Below are positions 26,130 to 40,607 of a DNA stretch of 64,000 nucleotides, one piece after another. This DNA comes from Octopus sinensis. Taxonomy: Eukaryota. The position numbers and the translations under genes are program-made. The stretch is from NCBI RefSeq assembly GCF_006345805.1, contig NC_043008.1:9920001-9984000 (forward strand). The letters are read 5' to 3'. The notes beneath the pieces were generated by a model. That model made no database searches. It saw nothing but the letters and a program-made list of their open reading frames with translations, and had not been told where the DNA came from. Within the stretch, counting starts at the first letter, position 1; every line of letters starts with the position of its first letter.

Positions 26130-26320
26130 CCTCGTGTGTACCGTTGGCGATTTTTTCCGCTGTCTTCTCTTCTCTGGATCTTTCCTTCTCCTATGACGAA
26201 GAGCTCCGCTCGAAACGTTAAACCCTCCTTCTTTCCTTCTTTCCTGAGCGTCCAATAATACTATATTTGTTCCACGTCCTCGCGTTGTTGTGTTTTTTTG
26301 TGTTTTCTTGCTTGGATTAA
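26130..26320 (+). mobile_element. Dispersed pyrimidine-rich repeat with minimal hammerhead-like motif (putative PLE terminal repeat)
   Basis: ATGACGA A GAGC tcc GCTC GAAAC GTT at 26193-26219. Related to 43600, 55530, 57680 and 62690. Confidence 0.55.
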
Positions 26321-26614
26321 CTTTATATATATATATATATTCTGATATAAACATGAAACCAGTGGCTCGTATTGGAGGAGTCAGAAACTGAAAACATGAG
26401 AATTATCTGCATTTTACGACCGAAGATGCTTTCCGTCGTTAAATGAAGATGGTGTTGTGAAATAGCAATTGCATAACGCTGGAAGTAAGCCATGAATAAT
26501 TCATCTTCCATACATACACACACATACATGTGTGTATATGTATACACATACATATCATACATGTATACATACCTACGCACATATACATGCGTGTGTGTGT
26601 GCGTGTGATCGTGT

Positions 26615-26850
26615 GTAGGCATGTGGCTTAGTGGTTAGCGTGTTGGGCTCATGATCATAAGATTGCGATTTCGATTCCTGGACCGGGTCACGCGTTGTGC
26701 TCTTGATCAAACCACTTCATTACACGTTGCTTCTGTTCACTCAGCTGGCAAAGAATGAGTAATCCTGCGACGCGCCGGCGTCCCATCCAGGTGGGGAATA
26801 TGTACGCCTCTGAAACCGGGAAACCACATGAGCCTGGCATGGCTCGAGAA
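26615..26850 (+). mobile_element. SINE family C, third tail type
   Basis: gtggcttagtggttagc head, box, then cctgcgacgcgccggcgtcccatccagg (recalled as V-domain-like). Confidence 0.75.
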
Positions 26851-28033
26851 GGAAACATTTATTATTTATATATATATATAGGTGGTGTCTTTTAACACCT
26901 TAGTCGCATTTCTTATTTCTTATTCCTTTATTGCCCACAAGGGGCTAAACATAGAGAGGACAAACAAGGACAGGCATAGGGATTAAGTCGATTACATAGA
27001 CCCCAGTGCATAACTGGTACTTAATTTATCGACGTCGTAAGGATGAAAGGCAAAGTCGACCTCAGCGGAATTTGAACTCACAACGAGAAGAAAGAAGAAG
27101 AAAGAAGACATGCATCCAACACCAGAGCTGAAGACACCTTCGAAAGCGAGGGGTCCCGCCACGTCAAAACGGTAGTGGCCGAAACCGGACGTGGTTCCTC
27201 CTGATGATGTCTTAAGCTAACTGGATCCTATAAAGGAGCTGTTGTGGTAGCAGACCACGAAACACGGTTGAAATTCCTTCCTATATCACAGTAGCGTGTG
27301 ATTTCAGAGAAATTAGGCATCTACTTCTAGAAAAGCGAGCAACTGCGATGAAGCTTCCTCGCTTGGTTGTTTACCAGTTTAATCTCTGTTTTGTTGGTTT
27401 ATTTTGAAGTAGTCTAACGTGATTTACATAATTCTCCATTCGCATTTATTTTCTTGCAGTTTAATTTTCCTTTCCTGATTTTGTTATGGCTGCAGTAAAA
27501 ATCGTTGATTTCCATTTGACAGATACGAACAAAAACAAGCCAAGTTTTCACTGAAGGAAATAAAAAAAAAAGAAGGCTAAATAAAAGCAAATTCAAGAAT
27601 AATATTATTGATATCTCATCGCAATTTCCCTCTGCTGATAAGCTGTTGTGCCGGAGGACAGCTAAATAAATAACTACGGAACGAAACTGGAAGATTCTAA
27701 ACGGAAATAATCTGAATTGCTGTTCCGTTGTCCAGAACAATTTTTATTACCAAATAAGAGTTTCCCAATATTTTCACTGAGAATTATTAAGAAAGCATTA
27801 TTACAAAAATATACTTTATATTTGGGATGTTGTTAATCAATTTTATACTTTGAAGCCTTAGAAATGTTTTACTTACATGTGTTTCTATCAAGTAGCATTG
27901 CGTTTAATCTACGCACTGATAAACTCGTTTACGTCTGGGCGTTCTTTTCTCCCTCTTGCTAACATTGTATATGTCTTTAACTCTGAAAATGCATGGATGT
28001 AAATGTCACTAGATGAGCTACACATACACATAC

Positions 28034-28117
<84 letters not shown>

Positions 28118-28317
28118 ATACATACATATATACATACATGCATACATAGGTACGTACGTACGTAAGCATATACATATGTACATACATGCATACATACATA
28201 TATATATATATATACACACACGTTTACTGTATGGACACTTGTGATTATGCGACATTTTGTTTGGACGTAGTTGTCAGTTTGTGTATACGGATGTTCGTGT
28301 GTGTATGTTAATATGTT

Positions 28318-28384
<67 letters not shown>

Positions 28385-28439
28385 ACACAAACACATATCC
28401 CGACATATCAGCTCTTTATGGAGTAATTTCCGCGGTACC

Positions 28440-29358
28440 CGAAAGTAATCGGAAACGTTTTCTGTGGACAACCCATCGTTGTTCTGGCTTCCTCCGCTAA
28501 AAACAACTTGATGCGACCCTCGGGCGTTGAGTCAACGTAGATTGACGAGGCACCTGTCTGTTCAATTGTCATTTTAGACTCTTGGCTCATAAATACTGCA
28601 GTCCATAGCAATTATATTGGAGAAATTATATTTAGAAAAGTCGATGCCATCAACAAAGGATTTGAATGCAAGGGCACGTTGGATCACTTCAGCATCCTCC
28701 AAGTTTGAACAGAGTTGTCGATCTTCTCAGAGAGAGCTCATATCGCCGAAAGAAGTTATCCAACCAATGAGGTGATGCTTTGAATATCTCTGGGAGTATA
28801 TCCAACTGTGGTGCAATTGCAAGAGCAAATTCTTGAATATCAGCCCTGTGTACAACCAAAGCATTTGTACTTCTGTCAGCAATCCATCCCGAGGTGATAT
28901 CGTCCAGCTCCAAAAATAACGGTTGTCGACCTAATCTACACTTGGGCATCTTAACATTTCCCTCATCCACCTGTCTGCTAAAATTACCGTGCTCTGTTCG
29001 CTATTTTCGAACCATTCGGAGATCCAACATCTTCTCCAAAAAGAAAGCCGTAAGATTCTTGTTACGTGACGTTTCCACAATTCCTTTCTTGTACTCCACA
29101 GAATAACTCTTTCTTTTTGCACTCATCTTGCCTGGAGGACGAGGGAGTCAAACCAAGGGAGTCAAGCTAAGGGAGTCGACTACTTTAGCCAAGCTGCGGT
29201 AGTTGGTTTATTTTGCAAATATCACATGGTCTTGCTAACAAGCTGATACCTTTTTGACTAGGTCTTATTTTCGGGGTAGGGCTTATATTAAAAACATCCT
29301 GAAAAATCATGGTGGGGCTTGCTTTCGAAGTAGGTCTTATTTTCGAGGAAACACGGTA
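28440..29358 (-). pseudogene. Truncated pogo/Tigger (Tc5-type) DNA transposon
   Basis: 5' terminus TA|CCGTGTTTCCTCGAAAATAAGACC; CENP-B-type HTH (FKASPHWLDNFFRRYELSLRRST); start of DDE region (AMD-TAVF...TIEQTG). No second TIR found. Confidence 0.85.
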
Positions 29359-29385
29359 GATAAATAGGTACATGATATAGTTTAT

Positions 29386-29440
<55 letters not shown>

Positions 29441-29578
29441 TATATATACGCATATATATATATGTATATATATGCACACACATATATAGTATTATATATA
29501 TACGTTTAAATATTTGTGGTGCAAGATTTTTTATGTGAAGTCGTGTGTTGAAACAGATATTGTTATATTTCGGAAAAT

Positions 29579-31510
29579 TTTTTCCAATATTTACATCCAC
29601 ACAACATCTCAACGGTCATCACGTGTCTTAATCCTGGGTATGACCATAATCGCAAAATGGGTTCAAACTGGGGATTTTGTAAGGGCTCTAACGTTGCACG
29701 ATTATTATTGCTGTTTTCGACGAGCTTTTCAGTCGATCTCATACGTATTTACTCATCAGTAGCCAGTTCCTCAATGTTGTCTTCCCGTCTTTATTGACAT
29801 CATTCTCGTCCTCCAGAAAGGTTCACCAGGAATCGAACTCACGATTTTAACGATCGTGAGCCGAATACCCAAACCACCCAACCATGCCCTTCACGCATCC
29901 AAGAAATATAAACACTTTATCGTTTATGCTAAACATTCTGGTTATTGGGAGTGCGGTGCTCTGGATGTTTCTCGAGTTCAAAGCAATTGACATAGTTTTA
30001 TCAATTGTCATATATTTGTATTGATAACACTCACTCTCCTTCAATATACTACCCAGGTATGTCAAAGCTTGTTTTCTCCATGAAAACAGAGACTATTTAT
30101 TATTTGATTGTCTGTGGCAGGCTTTCTTTTCTTAGATGATTTAATTGCTAACCTTAAGCCAAACTGTCCTCTTTGGTTGTCTCGCTACTCAGAATGGAGT
30201 AGTTTGTAGAGGTTTGATTAAAACAATTTCTTTAAGTCGTATGTTTCATCAAAGATTTAAGGACTAAAAGACAAAGAACTTTAAGTGGTTCTTCATTGAA
30301 GACGTTCGTTCACTAGCTTCATATTTCAAATACAATCAAATCATACAGTTGTTGAAGAACAATTACCCTATGCTAAATTGAGAAGATATTGATATACTTT
30401 CAAGAATTGGACATTAAATAAAGTAAACTGAAGATTCTAAATTTTAGCGAAAGTTTTCAAGACTTCAGTTTATGGCGAACGTTTAATTGAATATCGCAGC
30501 CGGCAATCAAACATGAAGTGCCTTCATTGCAGGAATTTGTCTTTGTATAAATTCTTTCATGATGTCTCTCTCTTTCTCTCGCTTTATTTCTTTATCTCTC
30601 TCTTCGTTTCTCTCTCTCTCTCTCTATTTCTCTCTCTCGCTCACTCGAAACCACACACATACACTCACACACATACACACACTCACACAAACACACACTC
30701 TCTTTCTCCCTATCCTCTCTCTCTCAAATGTTATTTTAATGCAATTTCTTTAAGACCAAATCCATTATCTAAGATATTTCTGTTCACAAATTATACCATT
30801 CCATACAAAGCATCCAGTATCCACACCATCAGCACCAACACTTCTTCCTCCCCCCCCCGACCGAACACTACTCTCAATGATCAAGTATGTATCAGAGTGG
30901 AAACATTTCTGCTCTTTACCACAAAGTTACTGTACATCGAGCGTTTCACTGGGTTTCTAATACTGAGTTGAATCTTGACTAGACTGTCTTTTGTTTCTTC
31001 AGTGAAAGAGAACAAGTGAAAGAGTAATTTATTCCTTCTAATTAATGCCATTAAAGCTGGAATAAAGTAGGAGTAGTACTTCTTATAGAAAGGATAGATT
31101 TGTGGAAGAATCTCTCGCAAAAAATAGTTTCGTGTAAGAATAACGTAACTTTTAGGTATGTCTATCATGAATTTTTATAAGATTATTAATCTGAGTAAAT
31201 AAATTTTCTTACATTTTTTCCAATATTTACATCCAGTATTTTCCAATATTTACATCCAGTATTTTCCAATATTTACATCCACACAACATCTCAATGGTCA
31301 TCACGTGCCTTAATCCTGGGTATGAACATAATCGCAAAATGGGTTCAAACTGGGAATGTTTGTAAGGGTTCTAAAGTTGCACAATTATTATTGCTGTTTT
31401 CGACGGGCTTGTCAGTCGATCTCATAAGCATTTACCCATCAGTAGCCAGTTCCTCGATGTTGTCTTCCCGTCTTTGTTGACACCATTCTCGTCCTCCAGA
31501 AAGGTTCACC
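29579..31510. repeat. Pair of ~250 bp direct repeats (29579-29827, 31262-31510) bracketing ~1.4 kb
   Basis: Both run ttttccaatatttacatccacacaac...ctccagaaaggttcacc with scattered substitutions. The second is preceded by a 23 bp tandem triplication. Confidence 0.9.
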
Positions 31511-32161
31511 GTTATTTGACCTGATTTCTTTCGTTAGCGCGCATCTCCGTGCTCTTTTTTCATACCTATTTCTTAACTACCCACAAGGGGCTTAAACACA
31601 GAGAGGGCAAACAATGACGGACAATGGGATTAAGTCGATTACATCGACCCCAGTGCGTAACTGGTGCTTAATTTATCGACCCCGAAAGGATGAAAGGCAA
31701 AGTCGACCTCGGCGGAATTTGCTCTTTTTACTTACCGTTTATCTCGCTACAGCAGGAAGTGACTGGCCATCCGTGACGATTTAGTTATCGATAAAACATA
31801 TTTACCTTTCAGTACAAGCAGACATTTGAGCTATTGTCAACCCTGAGTTTAATGACCGAATTATCAGCAACCTCTATAGCTACTAATTATTCAGTTTTCT
31901 TAAAGTTTCCATTCTCTAGTAATTAGTAAATATCCGTAGTGGTATATAACTTCTTTTCTTTCATACTATATTTTCAGATATTCTTGACTAAAAGGTCTCT
32001 CCTCTCATTAAGTTTTTCGTTTGTTACCCATTTTAAGACCTTACACAAATCCATCAGATAACATAGATGAAGTACTTATGCTCATGTGTTCCTAAATCAT
32101 CATTTACATTATGGTATATTCACATTCGACATCAACAAATTGAGGACAGACATTGAACGCG

Positions 32162-32580
32162 AAGGCGGCAAACTGGCAGAACCGTTAGCGCGCGGGGCGA
32201 AATGCTTAGCGGTATTTCGTCTGCCGTTACGTTCTGAATTCAAATTCCACCGAGATCGACTTTGCCTTTCATCCTTTCGGGGTCGATGAATTAAATACCA
32301 GTTACTCACTGGGGTCGATGTAATCGACTTAATCCGTTTGTCTGTCCTTGTTTGTCCTCTCTGTGTTTAGCCCCTTGTGGGTAGTAAAGAAATAGGTATT
32401 TCGTCTGCAGTTACGTTCTGAGTTCAAATTCCGCCGACGTCCACTTTGCCTTTCATCCTTTCGGGGTCGATAAATTAAGTACCAGTTATGCACTGGGGTC
32501 GATATAATCAACTTAATCTGTTTGTCTGTCCTTGTTTGTCCTCTCTGTGTTTAGCCCCTTGTGGGCAGTAAAGAAATAAG
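32162..32580 (+). mobile_element. SINE B tandem dimer (second unit headless)
   Basis: The unit restarts at gtatttcgtctg directly after aaagaaatag. Confidence 0.85.
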
Positions 32581-33139
32581 ACATTGAACGAGAATACGCA
32601 CAAAAACCGAAAGAAATGTTTCTTGGTGTTTGCCATTCCATTGCTTCGCATCATCAACGATACCTAGACTAGAACTGTCATCATTTTCAAGACAGGTGTT
32701 CTTAAAAAATTAAATTCTGTCTATAGATTCTATTAAATTTTGAAAATGAAATGTACTTTAATAAACACTAATCATTTGTTGTGTGTGTATACATTTTTGG
32801 AACATCCTGTATATTCACGTAAACTGTTCAATATCGCCGCAAAGACTTATCGAGAGGGAATAACTCGAGGAAAACAATGATGCTAAAACGAAAGGCATTC
32901 TACAAACCAGTAAAATGAGACTATTGATCACAAGAAATGTCCACTTTAAAGATATTAACATTGTGGAATATATATTAAAAGGTCAATAAAATTATCATTT
33001 CCGATATCAAATTGAGCGCAAAGCTAAAAGGAAACGAACAATGTGTACGATCGAACAACCATGTCTTTATACGGTTACTTCTCTTGTTAGAAATATCAGC
33101 CAGTCTCCCTTGAATCATATCCTACCGTCTTATAATACT

Positions 33140-33560
33140 GGCTTCAAATTTTGGCACAAGGCCAGAAATTTCAGGGGAGGGGCTAATCGATTGCATCAAC
33201 TCCAGTGCTCAATAGGTACCTATTTTATCGACTCCGAAAGGACGGAAAGCGGAGTCGACCTCGGCTGAATTTGAACTCAGAACGTGAAGACGGACGAAAT
33301 CCTGCTAAGCATTTCGCCCGGCGTGCTAACGTTTCTTATTTCTTTACTACCCACAAGGGGCTAAACACAGAGGGGACAAACAAGGACAGACAAAGGTATT
33401 AAGTCGATTGCATCGAACCCAGTATATAACTGGTACTTAATTTATCGACCCCGAAAGGATTAAAGGCAAAGTCGACCTCGGTGGAATTTGAACTCAGAAC
33501 GGGAAGTCGGAAGAAATTCCGCCAAGCATTTCGCCCGGCGTGCTAACGTTTCTGCCTGCT
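33140..33560 (-). mobile_element. Adjacent SINE B copies
   Basis: Two catttcgcccggcgtgctaacgtt heads with cores on the minus strand. Confidence 0.8.
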
Positions 33561-33705
33561 TGTCGTCTTCGCTTTCTTATATAACAGATTAGATAATGCT
33601 GCCTTCGATACACCATGGAGAAAAGACAATGGAATGAATACGGTGAGTCTGATTTAAGCAAGGCTGAGCTCGATCTAAACAACAGCAACAAAAACAAAAA
33701 TATTT

Positions 33706-34103
33706 ACTCTTTTACCTGTTTCAGTCATTTGATTGTGGCCATGCTGGAGCACCGCCTTTAGTCGAGTAAATCGACCCCAGGACTTATTCTTTGTAAGCCT
33801 AGTACTTATTCTATCGGTTTCTTTTGCCGAACCGCTAAGTTACGGGGATGTAAACACACCAGCATTGGTTGTCAAGCGATGTTGTGGGGAACAGACACAC
33901 AAACGTATACACACACACATACATATATAAATATATACATATATACGGTGGGCTTCTTTCACTTTCCGTCTACCAGATCCACTCACAAGGCTTTGGTCTG
34001 CCCGAGACTGTAGTAGAAGACACTTGCCCAAGGTGCCACGCAGTGGGACTGAACCCGGAATCATGTGGTTCGTAAGCCAGCTACTTACCCCACAGCCACT
34101 CCT
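33706..34103 (-). mobile_element. SINE family A, full length
   Basis: Matches 14201-14593. Confidence 0.9.
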
Positions 34104-34708
34104 ACGAAAAAGGAATGGAACTTCCAGAGGTTAAGCTTGGTATTAACGCCTTGCTAATAGCATCGCCAATGTTTTAAGAACTTTATCATTGTATTAAGCT
34201 TTGACATAATCTTCAACAGTTTCCAAAAGAATGCATTCAAAGTATCTGTTTTTCTTGAAGAAAGTCACGAATCTTTTTAAAATTCGCTTCAAAACAAAAC
34301 TCCATTTTTCGATTTTGTGCTTCATTTTATTAAGTCGTAAATGAAATTATGAACCAATGAAATACATTTCTCAAAATTCCATAAAAATGATGAACGTCTA
34401 CAAGTTTTCAAATAGCTAAAATTTTCATCCGTTTATCGAAGCGACATTTTGAGTTCATTGTTTCGAGTAAATAAGGATAATAATAAAAAAAACAGTTGTT
34501 CTCTATTCATTCAAAGACATGTTAACATGCAACCCCTCCCCCTCTTTTCCCTTCACTTTCACTCCTATCAACCAGTCTTCCTCTTCTTTTTCTTCTTCTT
34601 TGTTCAGTTTATTCGAATTATTACCAATGTTGAGTCTTCTCTCCTCTCCCGCACCACCATGTAGATAACCTCCATTCATTAATTCATTTATTACCACATG
34701 TTTGGATA

Positions 34709-35036
34709 CGCAGGCGTAGCTCTATGGTAAGAAGCTTGCTTCCCAACCACTAGGTTCCGTGTTCAGTCTCACTACGTGGCACCTTGGGCAAGTGTCGTCT
34801 ACTGTAACTTCGGGGTAGACGGAAACTGAAAGAAGCCCGTCGTATATGTGTGCGTGTGTCTTTGTATCTATTAAGTTTGCCTTTGTATATGTGTTTGTCC
34901 ACCTCCACCGCTTGACAACCGGTGTTGGCGTATTTACGTCCCCGTAATTAGCGGTAAGGCAAAGGAGACCAGCTTTTACAAAATAAATTTGTACGTGATC
35001 GCAGTCTGATGACTGAAACGAGTAAAAGATAAAAGA
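34709..35036 (+). mobile_element. SINE family A, diverged
   Basis: ggcaccttgggcaagtgtc...gtagacggaaactgaaagaagcccgtcg...tgactgaaacgagtaaaag. Confidence 0.8.
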
Positions 35037-35674
35037 TTCCTACGTCCTGAGAACTGATGTTTCGAATATTATGGACCAAAAAGGCGACGTGCTGGTGGAA
35101 TCGTTAGCACGCCGGACAAAATACTTTAGTATTTCGTCCGTCTTTACGTTCTGAGTTCAAATTTCGCCGAGATCGACTTCGCCTTTCATCTTTTCGAGGT
35201 CGATAGAATAAGTACCAGTCGATTACATCGACTTAAAACACACACCCCCGTCCCTCGAAATTGCTGGCCTTCTGCCAAAATTCGAAACCGATATCGTGGA
35301 CCATAATTAGAGACAATCCTAACACTTTTCAACATCAACATTCAGTGTTAACATCACCATTATAACAAAGAAAGTTAAGACATTTGCTGGGCGTGGTTCT
35401 GTTTTCGATCCCACTTCAACGTAGTTTGAACGTACATCTCGTACTATAGTCTCAAATAAACCATATTGTTTTGAGTGGAATTTCATAAACACAGACTGTA
35501 CAGATGCTCATCCATTTTTAAGATAATAGTGTGTCATTTCAGGTAGACTTGGCAACATTTCTAGCAGGGCGAGAGGCCACGTACAGGGAAGCTTCTTTCC
35601 TTCTTTCCTATACATACATACACACATAAATACATATATACATAAATACATACACACATAGATACATACATATA

Positions 35675-35995
35675 TCACGTGATCCCGTGATCGATCAGAG
35701 ACTGGAAGTTGTTATACATCGCTGCTCACAATACGCTTCACATCGTTTTAGCTTTCGAATGATGCCACTCAGCTGGCTAGGCAAGCAGGCCAACATTCTA
35801 CCCCCATCCTAACCCCCCCCCCCCCGATCGGAAGCCTAGTCCATCGATGGGCTACCCATTTACAGCTGAGTGGACTGCAGCAACGTGAAATGAAGTGTTT
35901 TGCTCAAGAACCACAACCCACCGCTCGATCCCGGAATCGAAGCCATGATCGTTAGATTGGTGAGTACAACACCCTAACCACTGAGTCATAGACCT
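35675..35995 (-). mobile_element. SINE family C, fourth tail type
   Basis: Head/box at 35860-35995. Tail shared with 273-395. Confidence 0.75.
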
Positions 35996-36055
35996 CTTCA
36001 CACTTACACACATATACGTTACCTATATTTACATATACATATATTTATATATATA

Positions 36056-36088
<33 letters not shown>

Positions 36089-36200
36089 GTAGGCATCCAT
36101 CAATCTTTAGCTAGACAGAGACAGACAGATAGACAGACAGACAATCGGTCAGACAGGCAGTCAGACAGACGGACTGCCGGACAGACATACAGACAGACAT

Positions 36201-36241
<41 letters not shown>

Positions 36242-37096
36242 CAGACCGAGAGACAGAGAGATAGATTCATTGAGTGAGTGAGTGAGTGAGTGACCGACCG
36301 ATTGATTGATTCATCCATTCATTCATATGATGTCAGTATATTGTTATTGTTCGGTGTCTTGTTCACCATCTCAAGAGTCAATGACACCAATCATACTTCG
36401 CCTTCCATATTCCCATATACGTTTCTATCTAATCTGGCATAGAGATTACATATTTCAGGCCAAGACAGAATATTGGATAAAACTAAATGCAGAAGACCTC
36501 ATTACAATTCAATAATTTTCAAGGACGAAGAGGGACGATAATCATGAAGTTATTTGCATAAAGTTCATTGACAATAAAAGAGATATTATGTACTAAAACG
36601 AAAAGACATTCAATAATACAGAAATCCTTATACATATCCAGAACAATGTATGTATATAAATGTGTGTATATATATAAATTAATATTTTAACCAGACATAG
36701 GAGAAATGAAAACTTGGCTAATGTTGTTCTTGCCATCTGCAAAATGCGATGTATGTATATGTGTGTGTGTGTGTGTAAGTATGTATGTATGTATGTATGT
36801 ATGTATGTATGTATGTATGTATGTATGTATGTATGTATGTATGTATGTATTTGTATATGTGTGTTTGTATGTATTTGTATATGTGTGTTTGTCCTTCCAC
36901 CATCGCTTGACAATCGATGCTGGTGTGTTTACGTCTCCATAATATAGCGGTTCGGCAATACAGCCGATAAAATAAGTACTGGGCTTACAAAGAATAAGTT
37001 CTTGAGTCGATTTGTTCGACTAAAGGCGGTGCTCCAGCATCGCCGCAGTCAAATGACTGAAACAAATAAAATAATAAAATAATACATATATATATT

Positions 37097-37177
<81 letters not shown>

Positions 37178-37271
37178 CTTTATTATTTATTTGTTTCAGT
37201 CATTTGACTGCGGCGATATATATATATATATACATACATACATACATATATATATATATATACATATATAT

Positions 37272-37334
<63 letters not shown>

Positions 37335-37989
37335 ACATACATACATACATATATATATATACATATATATATATATATCTATATATATAATATATTATAT
37401 ATATATATAATATATATATATATTATATATATATATACATATATATATATACGTACATAAATTTGTACTGTGCAAAAGTATTCAGTAAGCCGGCATATTA
37501 ATGTAAAATTGCAGTAACTGATCGTAAAAACGAACGTTAATACATACATACGTACAAGTGTGTATGTGTGTGTGTGTGTCACCAAATCCTCATCGTTCTC
37601 CTCCACCATATCTTCTTCATAATCAATGACCTGAATATTGTCAACGTAAACCTGTTCTGACATCTTTCATTGACACAAGTTTACTTTACAAGCTTTACTG
37701 CAGAATGTCGTGTGAATGTCCTTGCAACTTTTCTTTCGAATCGTGATGGCTAAAAATAGATTTAATCAATCGGTTAAGAAGTGCATCTCTTTAGAATTAG
37801 AAATTTGATGAGTATGGAGCAAAGAACAAAAAGTTTTACTTTATTAGAATCGATAAATAACGCAGATGGAATTAATATTGAAAAGGACACTCAGCTGTTT
37901 CTTCATAGAAATCTCCAGATTTTTCTCTTCGTGCGTGTTCGTATGTATGCATGCGTGAATGTGTCGGAGGGGGTATGTATGCATGTATA

Positions 37990-38215
37990 CGAGGGGTTGC
38001 TGAAAAGCTCCTGGCTTTAAGGGGGTCGCGAAAGGCGTGGTTGGAAGCCTAATTTTCCGCGTTTTTTTTTTTTTACAGGGTTTAGAAAAGCTGGATGACC
38101 ACTGCGATAAGTGTGCGAATCTGAGAGAGGAATGTGTTGAATAAAATCATAATTACTTGATCCTCTTGTATTTTGTTTTACTCAAAACCAGGAACTTTTC
38201 ACCCCACACTCCCCG
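37990..38215. mobile_element. Mariner-type MITE
   Basis: TA|CGAGGGGTTGCTGAAAAGCTCCTGGCTTT left end and AAAACCAGGAACTTTTCA...CCCCG right end (imperfect TIR). Confidence 0.65.
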
Positions 38216-38744
38216 TGTGTGTGTGTGTGTGTGTGGTGTGTGTGTGTATGTGTGTGTGTGTGAATGTGTGTATGTGTGTATGTGTGTGTGTGAATGTGTG
38301 TGTGTGTGAATGTGTGTGTGTGAATGTGTGTGTGTGTAAATGTGTGTGTGTGTGTGAATGTGTGTGTGTGTACCTATATACATGCGTTTATTAAAAATTA
38401 ATATATACAGTCATGTATGTATGTATGTATGACATATTCTGTGGAAAGAGACATGGCTTTGGAAACAAGTGATAAACAATGAAGATGGTTGTGCTTGGAT
38501 TTATTTAGATTCTACGGTATTTGTGGTGAGAGATCGAATAGCAACGGTTGAGTTAACGATGCAAACATTTATGACTACCAATTCCTGGCACCTATTTATA
38601 ACTGTTTCATTTCATATTCAACACCAAACATTGATTGAACTCATCGATAACATGTCCATTATTCCTTGACTTTAAGCCAGTCAACTTAATGATATATATG
38701 CCATATAGATAGATAGACAGATAGATAGATAGATAGATAGATAG

Positions 38745-38823
<79 letters not shown>

Positions 38824-40607
38824 GTGTGCGTGCGTGCGTCCGTGCGTGAGTGCTAGCAAGTAAAAATGGTACATAGTTCCTAAATCTCAAATTTATTCAT
38901 GTGATAGACACGTTTAATAGATTAATGAGCCTAATGGATTAACGTGATCTGAAATTTAATTTTCGTTAAAGAAAATTCAATTTCAAGCTATACGTAACAT
39001 TTTTTTTTCTTTTTTAGTTCTTGCATGTTGGATATATGTCAAGAATTTTTGATTTAATATTATCAACGTAATGAGTGCAGACAGGACTATCTCAAAACAG
39101 CCATTTCCATTTTATATATTTTTTTGTCTTTTTCTGCTTATTTTCAATATGGAAATCTTATTTATAGTTTTGTGCTCATCTTGATCAAATTACTCATTTC
39201 GTTCTTCTTTTTCTTCCTACTCTCACTTTAGCTAGGATTACTTTTCGATATTTTCTTTTGATTTATTTTTACCTTCTCTATTTCAGATTGATAATCTGCT
39301 ATTTTAGAATTCACAGCATAACACCGAATATTAAATCTCATTCCTCTATCTAACGACATAAAATATAAGTGTGTGGGCAACGAACTCAAGAAATAGAATT
39401 ATCTCCTTAATATACGTATAAATTAAACGCGCCTACACTATTCTTATTAAATTTTGTTTTATTGTATATCTTCCTATCTTACTCTTCTCTGATTTGATTG
39501 TATAACTATAGACATGTTATCAGAGATTTTCTTTGCTTTTCGTTACGCTTATAAGTATTGAGTGTCTTCATTTTGTCCTCAGAATCATTATCCTGATATT
39601 GATTCTTATTCTTCCACTGGCCTTGTTTTCTTCTTTCTTTCTAAATTCGATGACTTCTCACCTTTCGTTTTTGCATTTTTGCAGTGGTAAGATTCTTTTC
39701 TTTTCTTTTCTTTTTCTTGCCTTTCTTTAGTCGTTGTGTTGAATAACTCATAGCACATTTTAAGCGAGATTAGAATTTTAAACAAATTCTTCAAAGTTTT
39801 AACTGACTCGTAATAGTAACTACTTAGCAACTTTTATATGGCGTTATAATTCCTGATGACAAAACAATCGCTGATTGGATTCCAGTCTATTACGGACCTC
39901 AGTTTTCAACGACCTAATATATATTCTTGACAGCAAGGTCGCTAGTGATCGTGGATTATAATTACTTTTATCACCCAAATGTGAGAAACTTACTATCTAC
40001 TGTTGATATGAATTCATAAGTAGCTTTCTTAATATTCCGAAAACACTGGCGGTTTCTGTTCTGTAGATACGTAAAGAACAATTTTCGTTCAATTCGAAGT
40101 CTTCAAAATAAATTTATTGTTGTTGTTGAGCTTCTCTGATCTGATCAATGCTACTTTTTTCATTTAACATGTTAAATTGTAATTTTTTTAGTCATCACAC
40201 CCGACTCACAATTTCGTGTAGACAAGTTATAATACTAAAGATATTTTGATTTTTTAAAAATTTATTAAACTCTATATTCTAGATATACGGAATCCGTTTT
40301 AGAATATGGGAAATTTAATCCTTTAAGTATACTTAATCCTATATCCACTTTTATTCAAGTAACTTCAGAAAAATACATTAACAGTAGCAAAATGATATTA
40401 ATGATGAAGGATTCCGCATTATTTCTAAACTCGACATCCACAATAGAAATGAACCCAAACAACCAAATTAAACAGTCAATGACCATAAACTTAGATTTAG
40501 TAATAACTTGTCAACTGAACTTAACAACCGCACAAAATCTGGCAGAATGGGCAAATGACTTCTAGATAACGTTCTAATTCAAGTTAGTCAAATATCTTTT
40601 AAACTCT

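Noticed and set aside
27414-27740. 108 aa minus-strand ORF
   Set aside because: No recognisable motif or splice context, and the length is compatible with chance.
29715-29770. CTGATGA...GAAAA on the minus strand as a hammerhead
   Set aside because: No stem I/III or NUH site could be paired, and the second copy reads CTGATGG.
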